Positions 1-7,975 of a DNA stretch of 20,867 nt are shown piece by piece. How positions within the stretch are numbered: the stretch's first letter is position 1; every line of letters starts with the position of its first letter. The notes under the pieces were generated by a model. That model saw only the letters and a list, made by a program, of their open reading frames with translations, had not been told where the DNA came from and did no database searches. The translations under genes were made by a program, and so were the position numbers. The DNA is taken from assembly GCF_004376175.1 (NCBI RefSeq), contig NZ_SNUY01000066.1:1-20867 (forward strand). Reading direction: 5' to 3'. The stretch comes from Halalkalibacterium halodurans (GTDB lineage: Bacteria; Bacillota; Bacilli; Bacillales; Bacillaceae_D).

Positions 1-354
1 GCACAGCATTTCTTCGCAGAGAACCACATATCGTTTGACGTAAAACAGGTCATCGGGCTAACAAATGAAGACGATGTCTCTAGAGAGTATCGACCTCTCA
101 AGCAAATCATCGAGAGACTAAATCGCACGTTTAAAGGGAATTATCGATCGACGCACGGCTTTGGTTCTGAACAAGGATCTGTTTCTTTTGTGACATTGTT
201 TGTGGCTTACTTTAACTTCTTACGTCCACATTCTTCACTCGAAGGGAAAGTGCCAGTAACAATTCCAGAATTAGAAAAGCTACCAACCATGCCAGCGAGG
301 TGGACAGCCCTTATTGGATTAGCTCAAGACTGGATTCAACAACAGTCAGCCTAA
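1..354 (+). CDS. Transposase, C-terminal fragment (retroviral-integrase/rve-type DDE); 5' end lies outside the window
   Basis: Frame 1 is open from nt 1 to TAA at 352-354. It is absent from the ORF track because it has no start codon. The translation ...KQIIERLNRTFKGNYRSTHGF...FVAYFNFLRPHSSLEGKVP... carries the ERxNRTxK and YNxxRPHxSL signatures found downstream of the catalytic Glu in rve-type IS transposases. IS family not assigned. Confidence 0.75.
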   Translation, partial: AQHFFAENHISFDVKQVIGLTNEDDVSREYRPLKQIIERLNRTFKGNYRSTHGFGSEQGSVSFVTLFVAYFNFLRPHSSLEGKVPVTIPELEKLPTMPARWTALIGLAQDWIQQQSA

Positions 355-379
355 CTTTTGTTTAGCTGAGCCCTATTCA

Positions 380-530
380 GCTATCGGCGAAGCGAACTCT
401 TGACAAACCGAACTTGCCAATGGTTTAAAATGGAAAAAGTCAAGGGTTTATTTAGCATGCCTTCTTTTGTTCCCTTCGCCCTTGATTGACCTCTGAATAA
501 ACCATTGGTGTGTTTGTCAAGAGCGATAGC
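380..530. repeat. ~151-bp imperfect palindrome (long hairpin) immediately 3' of the transposase fragment
   Basis: Complementary arm segments were read directly: 380-386 gctatcg / 524-530 cgatagc; 397-408 ctcttgacaaac / 512-523 gtttgtcaagag; 417-427 ccaatggttta / 499-509 taaaccattgg; 439-446 gtcaaggg / 479-490 cccttgattgac (with a bulge). About 38 paired nt in total. It may be an IS terminal region plus an inverted solo end, or a MITE-like element. Confidence 0.7.
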
Positions 531-688
531 GTGGCATTTCCACCTAATAAATGGTAGGTAGTATGAACCGTGCTAGTTTTTCATAGAACTTTTGACACTA
601 CCTGGGATTGTCAAATCCAAGCTCGACTTAAATGGAAAGATAAAAGACTGAGAGAGAAGGACAACATGTCAAAATAATCGTAAAAGAA

Positions 689-776
689 GTCAAGATAGTG
701 GCAACAAGAGGGAGGGGAATATGCAATAATGAAAGCGCCAACATATAAAGTCTGAAAAATCTGAATAAAAGGAAGG
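689..776 (+). promoter_or_regulatory. Conserved regulatory cassette, copy 1 (upstream of the GH43 gene)
   Basis: Aligns by eye with 3706-3793 at roughly 70-75 percent identity with one indel in each copy. Conserved parts are GTCAAGATA(G/A)TGGCA, a perfectly conserved 19-mer TATGCAATAATGAAAGCGC (720-738 = 3737-3755), and AGTCTGAAAA. A candidate weak sigma-A promoter is TATGCA ... TATAAA (744-749). The promoter hexamers are not confidently resolved. Confidence 0.6.
730..743 (+). promoter_or_regulatory. cre-like site (CcpA catabolite-responsive element)
   Basis: TGAAAGCGCCAACA compared with the cre consensus WTGNAANCGNWNNCW. The TG, AA, central CG and distal C positions match, with one deviation at the W position. 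It lies 45 nt upstream of the GH43 start. Confidence 0.6.
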
Positions 777-787
777 GAGAGTGAGAC

Positions 788-3607
788 ATGAGCAAGATTC
801 AAAGTTTAGCTGGGATGCTCCTTTTTGTCGTCATGGTCGCGACATTGCTTGCCTTCAGTTCACAACTGGCGGTGGCAGAAAACGGAACGAGTGCCGGCCT
901 CATTCTTCACTATGACATGACCAACATCGAGGGAACGAAGGTGATCGACAGTACGGGTCGTTTTGAAGGAACGCTCGTCAATCCTGAAAATGCTGAGTTC
1001 ATTCAAGGGACTGATGTTGGGGTGATTCGTTTTAAGGGAGGGAATTCGAACGCTTACATTGACCTACCAGAAGGGGTGCTAAATGGCTTGGAAAGTGTGA
1101 CTGTTTCCTCTTTAGTTCATTGGAATGGGGAACGAGAGGCGGAATGGATTTTTGCGCTAGGGCAGGACGACAATCGCTATCTTTTTGTCACTCCGAGGCG
1201 TAATTCCGGTGATCGTTCAGCGCGCGTCGGGCTAGGAATCACCGGCTGGAGAAATGAAGCGGGGGCCAATGCGACTACGGGAGCGCTACAGGCAAATGAA
1301 TGGAAATTGGTGACTGCGGTTCTGTCAGGTTCCGAACAAACGTTAACATTGTACATCGATGGAGAGCAAGTCGGGACAGGCTCGACGAATGGGTATACGT
1401 TAGAGCAGATCCGCAATGTGAACGGTCGAAGTGGTTATATTGGGCGTTCATTCTATGGGGCAGATCCTTTTTTTGGTGGGATGATTGCTAGTTTTGAAGT
1501 GTATAGTAGGGCCTTAACGGCAACGGATGTAAGCGCATTAAACGAGAAGGCAGATGAGAAAATAGCGAAAATGGACGACCTCCTTTTGCAACATGCAGCA
1601 AGTCAGCTAGACTACAGCACCTTTTTAAATCAAAACGCGGATAAAGATGAAGTCACAACCGATCTAAGCTTGCCTAAGCAAGGGGCTCACGGCACAACGA
1701 TTACGTGGGAATCTCACAACGAAAGCATCATTTCAAATGAAGGGAAGGTGACGAGGCCGTCCTATGAAGATGGGGATCAAACGGTGAAGATGACAGCGAA
1801 AATCACCGATGGGGTGAGCACTGTAACGAAGGAGTTTACGGTCATTGTCTTGAAGCGGCCTCATGATGCGGTTGCAGTCACATTAGATGCACAAGCATTG
1901 ATCGTGTACAACATCCACGATGTTCGCGGGAATTTAACGTTACCGACAAAAGGAGAACACGGTTCAACGATCACGTGGACATCAAGTAATCCGCAGGTGG
2001 TGACAGCGACAGGAGAAGTGACCCGGCCTGAAAATGGTGCTGGTGATACAATGGTGAAGCTCACCGCTACCCTCACATTAAATGAGGAAACGGTGACGAA
2101 GGCCTTTTTAGCCCATATGAAGGAGCTACCGGAGCAGGTAGACTTTGCTGGCTATTTGTTCAGCTATTTTACGGGTGAAGGGTTCGCCAACGGGGAGCAA
2201 ATATATTTTGCTTTAAGTGAAGGAAACAACCCGCTCAAATGGAGAGAGCTAAACAATGGTAATCCAGCCATTACGTCCGATTTAGGGGAAAAAGGGTTAA
2301 GGGATCCGTTTATTATTCGCTCTCCTGAAGGGGACAAATTTTATATGATCGCGACAGACTTAAAGATCCACGGTAATGGAAACTGGGATCGGGCCCAGCG
2401 TTTCGGCAGTCGAGCGATTATGGTGTGGGAATCGGATGATTTAGTGCATTGGTCTGAGCAGCGAATGGTCGAAGTGGCGCCGCCAGAGGCTGGAAACACG
2501 TGGGCACCGGAAGCCTTTTATGATCATACGACAGGTGAATATGTTGTCTTTTGGGCATCGAAGCTCTATGACAATGAGGAGCATAGCGGCTCGACCTATA
2601 ACCGCATGATGTATAGCACGACGAGAGATTTTTATACATTTTCAGAACCGAAAGTGTATATTGACTACGGGTATTCCGTCATTGATACGACGATGATCGC
2701 CCATAACGATCGAATTTATCGCTTCTCCAAGGACGAGCGAAGCAATACGCCGTCTACTCCTAACGGCAAATTCATTTTCCAAGAGGTCGGGAATTCAGTG
2801 CTTGACTCTGATTTTACGCTCATTAAAGAAGGGATTGGCAAAGGGTCCATTAGTGCAGGAGAAGGGGCGACGATCTTCAAATCGAATACGGAAGAAAAAT
2901 GGTACATGTTCATTGATGAGTTTGGAGGAAGAGGCTATATTCCGTTTGAAACGACCGACTTAGATTCAGGAGAGTGGACGGTCTCTGCTAGCTTTGAATT
3001 GCCATCCCGTCCGCGCCACGGAACGGTTCTCCCGGTAACACAAGCCGAGCACGATGCTTTGACGACCAAGGTTCCGACGGTTTCCGTGCCGCCAGCCGTG
3101 CAAAAGCCAACTGGTGTCACCCTTGATCAAGAATCGTTGCGGTTAACGGTCGGGAGTACGGCGCAACTAACGGCAACCGTCACGCCTCATGAGGCGGTGA
3201 ATCAAGACGTTGTTTGGTCAAGTAATCACGAACAAGTAGCCATTGTTGATGAAGAGGGGAAGGTGACGGCCGTAGGTAAAGGAAAGGCAAGGATTACTGT
3301 CACAACGGTGGATGGAGGGCTCATTGCCATCAGCGAGGTGACCGTTGAAGAGGAGGAAGGGCCTACACCAACAGTTGATTTCGATCATCTCATTCAGCTG
3401 ACAGAATCGTACGTGACGAACAAGGAAGTGACGGACGCGCTCATTCGCAAGCTTCAAGCAGCAAAAAAATCGGCAGCGAAAGGTCAGCAAAAAGCAGTCA
3501 TTGGGCAATTAAGAGCCTATGAAAATCAACTGAACGGGCAAACAGGTAAGTCGATCAGGAAGGAAGACGCGCAACGGTTAATCTCGTTAGCCAATCAATT
3601 AAGATAG
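788..3607 (+). CDS. Secreted multidomain glycoside hydrolase: signal peptide, LamG (Laminin_G_3) domain, two tandem Ig-like repeats, GH43 five-bladed propeller, Big_2 domain, helical tail
   Basis: 939-aa ORF with RBS AAGGGAG at 773-779. The signal peptide is MSKIQSLAGMLLFVVMVATLLAFSSQLAVA/EN. The LamG-type region is ...WKLVTAVLSGSEQTLTLYIDGEQVG...FGGMIASFEVYSRALT. Two repeats (about nt 1650-1855 and 1925-2130) have the pattern LxLPxxGxHGxTITWxSxN...GxVTRPxxxxGDxxVK(M/L)TA. GH43 hallmarks are RDPFIIRSPEGDKFYMIATDL (catalytic base Asp), VIDTTMI, and GEGATIFKSNTEEKWYMFIDEF (acid Glu). The Big_2-like region is LRLTVGSTAQLTATVTPHEAVNQDVVWSS...ARITVTT. The GH43 subfamily cannot be assigned by eye. 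Confidence 0.88.
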   Translation: MSKIQSLAGMLLFVVMVATLLAFSSQLAVAENGTSAGLILHYDMTNIEGTKVIDSTGRFEGTLVNPENAEFIQGTDVGVIRFKGGNSNAYIDLPEGVLNGLESVTVSSLVHWNGEREAEWIFALGQDDNRYLFVTPRRNSGDRSARVGLGITGWRNEAGANATTGALQANEWKLVTAVLSGSEQTLTLYIDGEQVGTGSTNGYTLEQIRNVNGRSGYIGRSFYGADPFFGGMIASFEVYSRALTATDVSALNEKADEKIAKMDDLLLQHAASQLDYSTFLNQNADKDEVTTDLSLPKQGAHGTTITWESHNESIISNEGKVTRPSYEDGDQTVKMTAKITDGVSTVTKEFTVIVLKRPHDAVAVTLDAQALIVYNIHDVRGNLTLPTKGEHGSTITWTSSNPQVVTATGEVTRPENGAGDTMVKLTATLTLNEETVTKAFLAHMKELPEQVDFAGYLFSYFTGEGFANGEQIYFALSEGNNPLKWRELNNGNPAITSDLGEKGLRDPFIIRSPEGDKFYMIATDLKIHGNGNWDRAQRFGSRAIMVWESDDLVHWSEQRMVEVAPPEAGNTWAPEAFYDHTTGEYVVFWASKLYDNEEHSGSTYNRMMYSTTRDFYTFSEPKVYIDYGYSVIDTTMIAHNDRIYRFSKDERSNTPSTPNGKFIFQEVGNSVLDSDFTLIKEGIGKGSISAGEGATIFKSNTEEKWYMFIDEFGGRGYIPFETTDLDSGEWTVSASFELPSRPRHGTVLPVTQAEHDALTTKVPTVSVPPAVQKPTGVTLDQESLRLTVGSTAQLTATVTPHEAVNQDVVWSSNHEQVAIVDEEGKVTAVGKGKARITVTTVDGGLIAISEVTVEEEEGPTPTVDFDHLIQLTESYVTNKEVTDALIRKLQAAKKSAAKGQQKAVIGQLRAYENQLNGQTGKSIRKEDAQRLISLANQLR

Positions 3608-3608
3608 T

Positions 3609-3653
3609 GGAAAAGCTAGTTTCTAGGTTAAAGCCTCGGAAGCTAGCTTTTTC
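3609..3653 (+). terminator. Rho-independent terminator candidate after the GH43 gene
   Basis: aaaagctag (3611-3619) pairs with ctagctttt (3643-3651). Inner pairings are ttc/gaa and agg/cct. The 3' arm runs into a T tract (tttttc). Confidence 0.6.
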
Positions 3654-3705
3654 TACTTTAAGAAAATGTCGAAAAGATGAAAGGGTAAAAAAAATCGCAA
3701 ATGTT

Positions 3706-3793
3706 GTCAAGATAATGGCATAAAAAAGGTTGAGAGTATGCAATAATGAAAGCGCTAACAATATTTAGTCTGAAAAGTCAGATAACACGAAGG
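3706..3793 (+). promoter_or_regulatory. Conserved regulatory cassette, copy 2 (upstream of the GH59 gene)
   Basis: Paralogous to 689-776 (see that entry). Weaker similarity with indels extends upstream: AATGTC(A/G)AAA and AATCG(T/C)AAA at about 664-688 versus about 3664-3705. Confidence 0.6.
3747..3760 (+). promoter_or_regulatory. cre site (CcpA catabolite-responsive element)
   Basis: TGAAAGCGCTAACA fits WTGNAANCGNWNNCW at all constrained positions (flanked a...a). It occupies the same position within the conserved cassette as the site at 730-743. Confidence 0.7.
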
Positions 3794-3798
3794 CGAAG

Positions 3799-3836
3799 GT
3801 TAGACCTGAAAAGGGGAGCCCCCGATTTCAGCTAAC
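3799..3836 (+). other. Stable stem-loop in the long 5' leader of the GH59 gene
   Basis: Pairings are gttag(3799-3803)/ctaac(3832-3836), ctgaaa/tttcag and gggg/cccc, giving about 15 bp with small bulges and an agc loop. No T tract follows on either strand, so it is not a canonical terminator. Confidence 0.55.
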
Positions 3837-4007
3837 ATAAACAACAAAAAGTGGAACATAACAGAGCGAAGAAGGTCAGGTTGGGCAACGGAAGACAACA
3901 CAATGAAGGAATTTGCTGACCATCCTCTATTGGAAGGGAGGGACAGATTGTTTTGCTATTTAGCTATCACAAATCGTTCGACCGATAATCAGAGGAAGGA
4001 GAATTTC

Positions 4008-7000
4008 ATGGGAACGAAAAAAAAGATGAAAGTTGCAATTGGATGGATGTGTATTATTTGCCTGCTTTTCAGCTCTATTCCGTTTATACCAACTAGCGAA
4101 ACGAAGGCGGAAGCTGCGACAAAAACGATTACCATTGATGGAAACAAGGTGGATCCCTACAACCGATTTAAAGGCTTTGGAACCGTATCAGCAAACAATA
4201 CGACTCGTTTATTGCTAGATTACAAAGAAGAGCATCCAGAAAAATATTGGGAGATTATGAATCAGTTGTTTAATAAAGAGACGGGGGCTGGGCTCACACA
4301 CGTCAAAGTAGAGCTTGGGGCCGATGTTGACTCCTCTTCTGGAACGGAACCGGCCACGATGCGCTATGCTGATGAACCAGCAAATGTGCTCAGAGGGGCT
4401 GGATTCCAATTCGCGGCAGATGCGAAATCCATCAACCCGAATATTACGACGGAAATTTTGCGCTGGGGTGAACCTCGTTGGACTTGGAATGGGGCGGCCA
4501 ATAAAGAGTATGAAAATCGCTACCAATGGTATAAACAAACAATCGATGCTGTTTATGAAGAGTATGGCTTTCAATTGGACTATATCGGAATCTCGCAAAA
4601 CGAAAGAGCGATCAACAATAATGGGCGAAATGAAGTCGAATGGCTGAAATATTTTACATCAAGAATAAAAGAGGAGCCCAATTATGAAGCAGACTATCAG
4701 GATATTAAACTAGTAGCCGCTGATGGCTATCGCGATACGGCCACCATCAGCCGGACCTTACTCGACAATCCAGACTTAATCGATGAAATCGACGTCATTA
4801 GTTCCCACTACGGGTTGACTGGATCGAATGAACTGGCTCAATTGCAAGAGAAGCTGATCGAAGATGGAAAAAAACCGAAGGAAATTTGGGTATCTGAAGG
4901 AATTGCGCCGATGATCAATGCTCGCTATCGGCTAAATATGGAGCCTCACTATAACGGGTTAGGGGGACGAGCAGGAATCATTGATGTCACGTCACGGATC
5001 ATTTCCGTCTATTCTTGGACAGGAGCAGGGAATTTGCCGCTTCAAGCCGTGTCATTTGATTTTCAACCATCGGTTGCTGCGTTTTACGAAGGGTCTAACT
5101 ACAATCCGAAACACCTCATTAGCGCATCCGACCCGTGGTCTGGCTTTTATGAAATGGACGGCGGGGTTCAAGGGGTCCGTCATGTTATGAATTTTGTCGG
5201 CTACGATGACCGGACGACACCGGAAAATGAGCGTTGGATGTATGTAAAGGATGCCACGTATAGCGATGGGAATTTCTTTGACGGTGGTGTCGATGTTGAT
5301 ACGAGTACGCATAACTACATGACTTTAAAAGACCCTGAAACGGATGACTACACGACGGTTTTTGCCAACAATACAAAACAGACACGGACGTACAAAATCG
5401 AGGCAAAAAACTTGAGTGGAAAAGAGAATGCATCCGTGTATGTTTGGGAAACTCGTGGGCCATATGCAGGACAAGCCTATGATGCGAACTGGTTTAAACA
5501 GATTAATGTCATCACACCTACGGAAGGTGAGTACGAAATTGAAGTCAAGCCGTACTCGATTGTCACGATAACGACGTTAGATAAAAAAGCGGAAATCGAC
5601 GGCTTTGAATATGAATCACAGCCGGTAGATCTTACAAAAGATACGATCATGCCATTGCCGTATACGGATGATTTTGAGTATGATCGCTATCCTGTCGATG
5701 AAAAAGGTAGAGATTACGTGGATCGTCGCGGAGGCACCCCGCGGTATACGACGGATCAGCGTGGTGCATTTGAAGTCGTGAAGGAAGCAACCAAGCCTGT
5801 CACGAAAGGAAGTGCGGAACGTACGAAGCGGGAAATACCGAATGCAGACGCTCACGGAAACATGCTTCAGCAAAAAATCACCCCTGACATCATCGGGGCT
5901 GAATGGGCTGTCTGGGGAGGGATCGATGGGGCCGAGTCAAACAGTAATCCATATACGACAATCGGTGATTTCCGTTGGGTCAACTATAAAGTGTCGTACG
6001 ACTTTTTGTTTGATACGTATACTCCTGAAGTAAGCGGTCGAGCCAATTACGCACTGATTGGCGTTCGTCAAGTGAAGGCTGGCGGCGTCGATTCCAGCGC
6101 GCCGTATAATGCTCGCATCTATACAGACGGAACATATGAAATTCTCAGGTTCGGAAACGTGGTGGAAAAGGGGACGGTTGAAGATTTCGATCAAGAGGTT
6201 TGGCATAACCTTGCGTTTGAAGCAAAAGAGAACGTGTTTACCCTTTACCTTAACGGCGAAGAAATAGCTTCTTATACGGATAAGGATGCAACCGTCATGT
6301 CTGGGCGAGTCGTGTTAGGTTCAGGTTATTATGAAACGCTGTTTGACAATGTGAAAGTGGAACCAATTGAGGGCTATACGTATGAATCAGATAAATTTGA
6401 TAATGCCCGAGGGAAAACTTACGATTCTGAAGAAGAAGCGTTAAACAACATCGATGCCAACAATCCGATCGGCTATGTTGGGAAGTGGAGTTATACGCAA
6501 GCAGGATATGCCCACTTCAATCGTACACTGATGACCGCAGCGACAGATGTCCCTGTGTGGAACGGGGTCACGGTAGGCCATCGGGATTCAACAACGGAAC
6601 AAGGAACGTTAAATAAAGTGTTCTACAATGGAAGTTGGTCTTCAAACAGTGCGAATGCGTGGGGATCTAACGGGGCTTCCTTTGAAATTACTTTTAAAGG
6701 GACAGAGATTCGGCTGTACGGTGTGACCAACCCATCGAACGGAACCGCGGACGTCTATTTAAATGGCGAGTTGGTCGGCGAAGCAAACTACTTCAACAAT
6801 AGCGAAATCACGCAAATGGTCTGGTCGCAAGATAACCTCGAAGACAAAGAGCATACCGTGAAGGTTGTCGCGAAAGAGCGGTTTACGAGCTTTAGCCGAG
6901 CAGAAATCACCACAACCGACTCTGTATTAGCTGTGAAAAAACTAGGGCCGAACGAGATTGTCAAAGTATCAGATGAGGCAGACATCGGCACAGAAGAAAA

Positions 7001-7805
7001 TACTGTCTACGCGTTTCGGAAAAATACGTCCTGGGGATCAAATAACACTAATGCGTGGGCCAACTTTGATGATGATCCGTACATTCTCATTCACTTTACG
7101 GGAACAGGCATTGATTACCTTGCAGGAACGGGAGAACAGACGCTGTACAAATTCGAGTTGGATGGTGAAGACGTCGGTAACTTTGGTGTCGATCCTAGCA
7201 CCGGCATCAGGTATTCCGTTCGAGATCTTGAGGAAGGTCCACATACGTTAAAAGTATCTTTAGGAGAGAATGAACGAAAAGAAACGTTTATGGACTATCG
7301 CGGCGTCAATATTTATAGCACCCCTCAAGCCGACAAACCGACAAGCACGATGATCTTCCAGTTTGAAGGAACAGGATTTAATTTATTCGGAGCCACTCCA
7401 GATGCGCTCATCGACGTCTATATCGACGGAGAACTAGTCGACGAAAATCATCGAGTTCATGCCAAAGGTGACAGGCAAACCTCATACCACATAAGAGGGC
7501 TAGACGATACGAAGCATCTAGCCAAAATTGACATCAAAGGCGGCACCTTTGTGTTCGATGGTCTAGACGTCATCAAAGGCTCATCGAAAAAGGAACAGGA
7601 GGATGTGAAGGGAAAGCTTCAACAGTTATACGAGGCCAATCAAGGCAAAGACAAAAAAGCCTACACGAAAGAAAGCTGGAAGGTGTTCCACAAAGCGATG
7701 CAACATGCGAAGGCGGTGTTGAAAAATCCGAATAGCTCAGTGGATAAACTAGCAGCCGCCCTGACAGCTCTGCAGGAAGCAGTCGAAGGGTTGGAAGAAA
7801 AATAA
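4008..7805 (+). CDS. Secreted GH59-family (galactocerebrosidase-like) beta-galactosidase/galactanase with a C-terminal extension of three CBM-like beta-sandwich repeats and a helical tail
   Basis: The start was moved from the track's ATG 3903 to ATG 4008. RBS GGAAGGAG lies at 3994-4001, and the N-terminus [38 protein letters not shown] is a classic Sec signal peptide. Colinear matches to human GALC, recalled from memory: [17 protein letters not shown]...[24 protein letters not shown] vs GIGAVSGGGATSRLLVNY...[31 protein letters not shown] vs DYIGIWNE (acid/base Glu); IWVSEG vs LWSSED (nucleophile Glu); [10 protein letters not shown] vs [29 protein letters not shown] vs IGDYNWTNLTIKCDVYIET (lectin domain). 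Beyond about nt 6400 there are three repeats: F(E/K/T)GT(E/G)I.LYG...DVYLNGE..G / ...HTVKV (approx 6480-6910, 7000-7270, 7340-7580). A FIVAR-like helix follows: [26 protein letters not shown]...L. Confidence 0.88.
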   Translation: [1265 protein letters not shown]

Positions 7806-7812
7806 CTTGAAA

Positions 7813-7853
7813 GAAGCAACCTATTCCTTGATGGAGTAGGTTGTTTCTTTTTC
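7813..7853 (+). terminator. Rho-independent terminator after the GH59 gene
   Basis: gaagcaaccta (7813-7823) pairs with taggttgtttc (7837-7847) with one mismatch. The loop is 13 nt and is followed by TTTTT. Confidence 0.7.
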
Positions 7854-7975
7854 TAGCTTTTTGAAATCTTTCATCTCCTGAATCTAATTTGATTCCGCAC
7901 TTTTTTGTATAAACATGCTAAACTTTTACTCTAGACGCTAGAGACAGCAATCAACAAATGGATAGAGGGGATTTC

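Noticed and set aside
699-725. Possible sigma-54 promoter, because TGGCA is conserved in both regulatory cassettes
   Set aside because: The distance from GG to the next GC (in TATGCA) is about 21 nt rather than the required spacing of about 10-11 nt. There is no TTGCW at the proper position.
611-802. 63-aa minus-strand ORF in the track
   Set aside because: It lies across the conserved regulatory cassette and cre site and overlaps the GH43 start. It has no RBS and a low-complexity hydrophobic translation. It is most likely non-coding.
3555-3761. 68-aa minus-strand ORF
   Set aside because: It spans the GH43 stop, its terminator hairpin and the second regulatory cassette. It has no RBS and its composition reflects AT-rich spacer.
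3903-4007. 35-codon N-terminal extension of the GH59 ORF (track start ATG 3903)
   Set aside because: No RBS precedes 3903, and the extension would bury the Sec signal peptide. ATG 4008 has a GGAAGGAG RBS and yields a canonical signal peptide at the N-terminus.
4215-4598. 127-aa antisense ORF, plus the overlapping 110-aa out-of-frame ORF at 4315-4647
   Set aside because: These are shadow ORFs inside the GH59 catalytic domain, whose frame is supported by colinearity with GALC. They have no motifs and no RBS.
7929-7943. Small inverted repeat ctctag-acg-ctagag upstream of the GNAT gene
   Set aside because: It has only 6-bp arms, with no recognisable operator family and no second copy. It is too weak to interpret.
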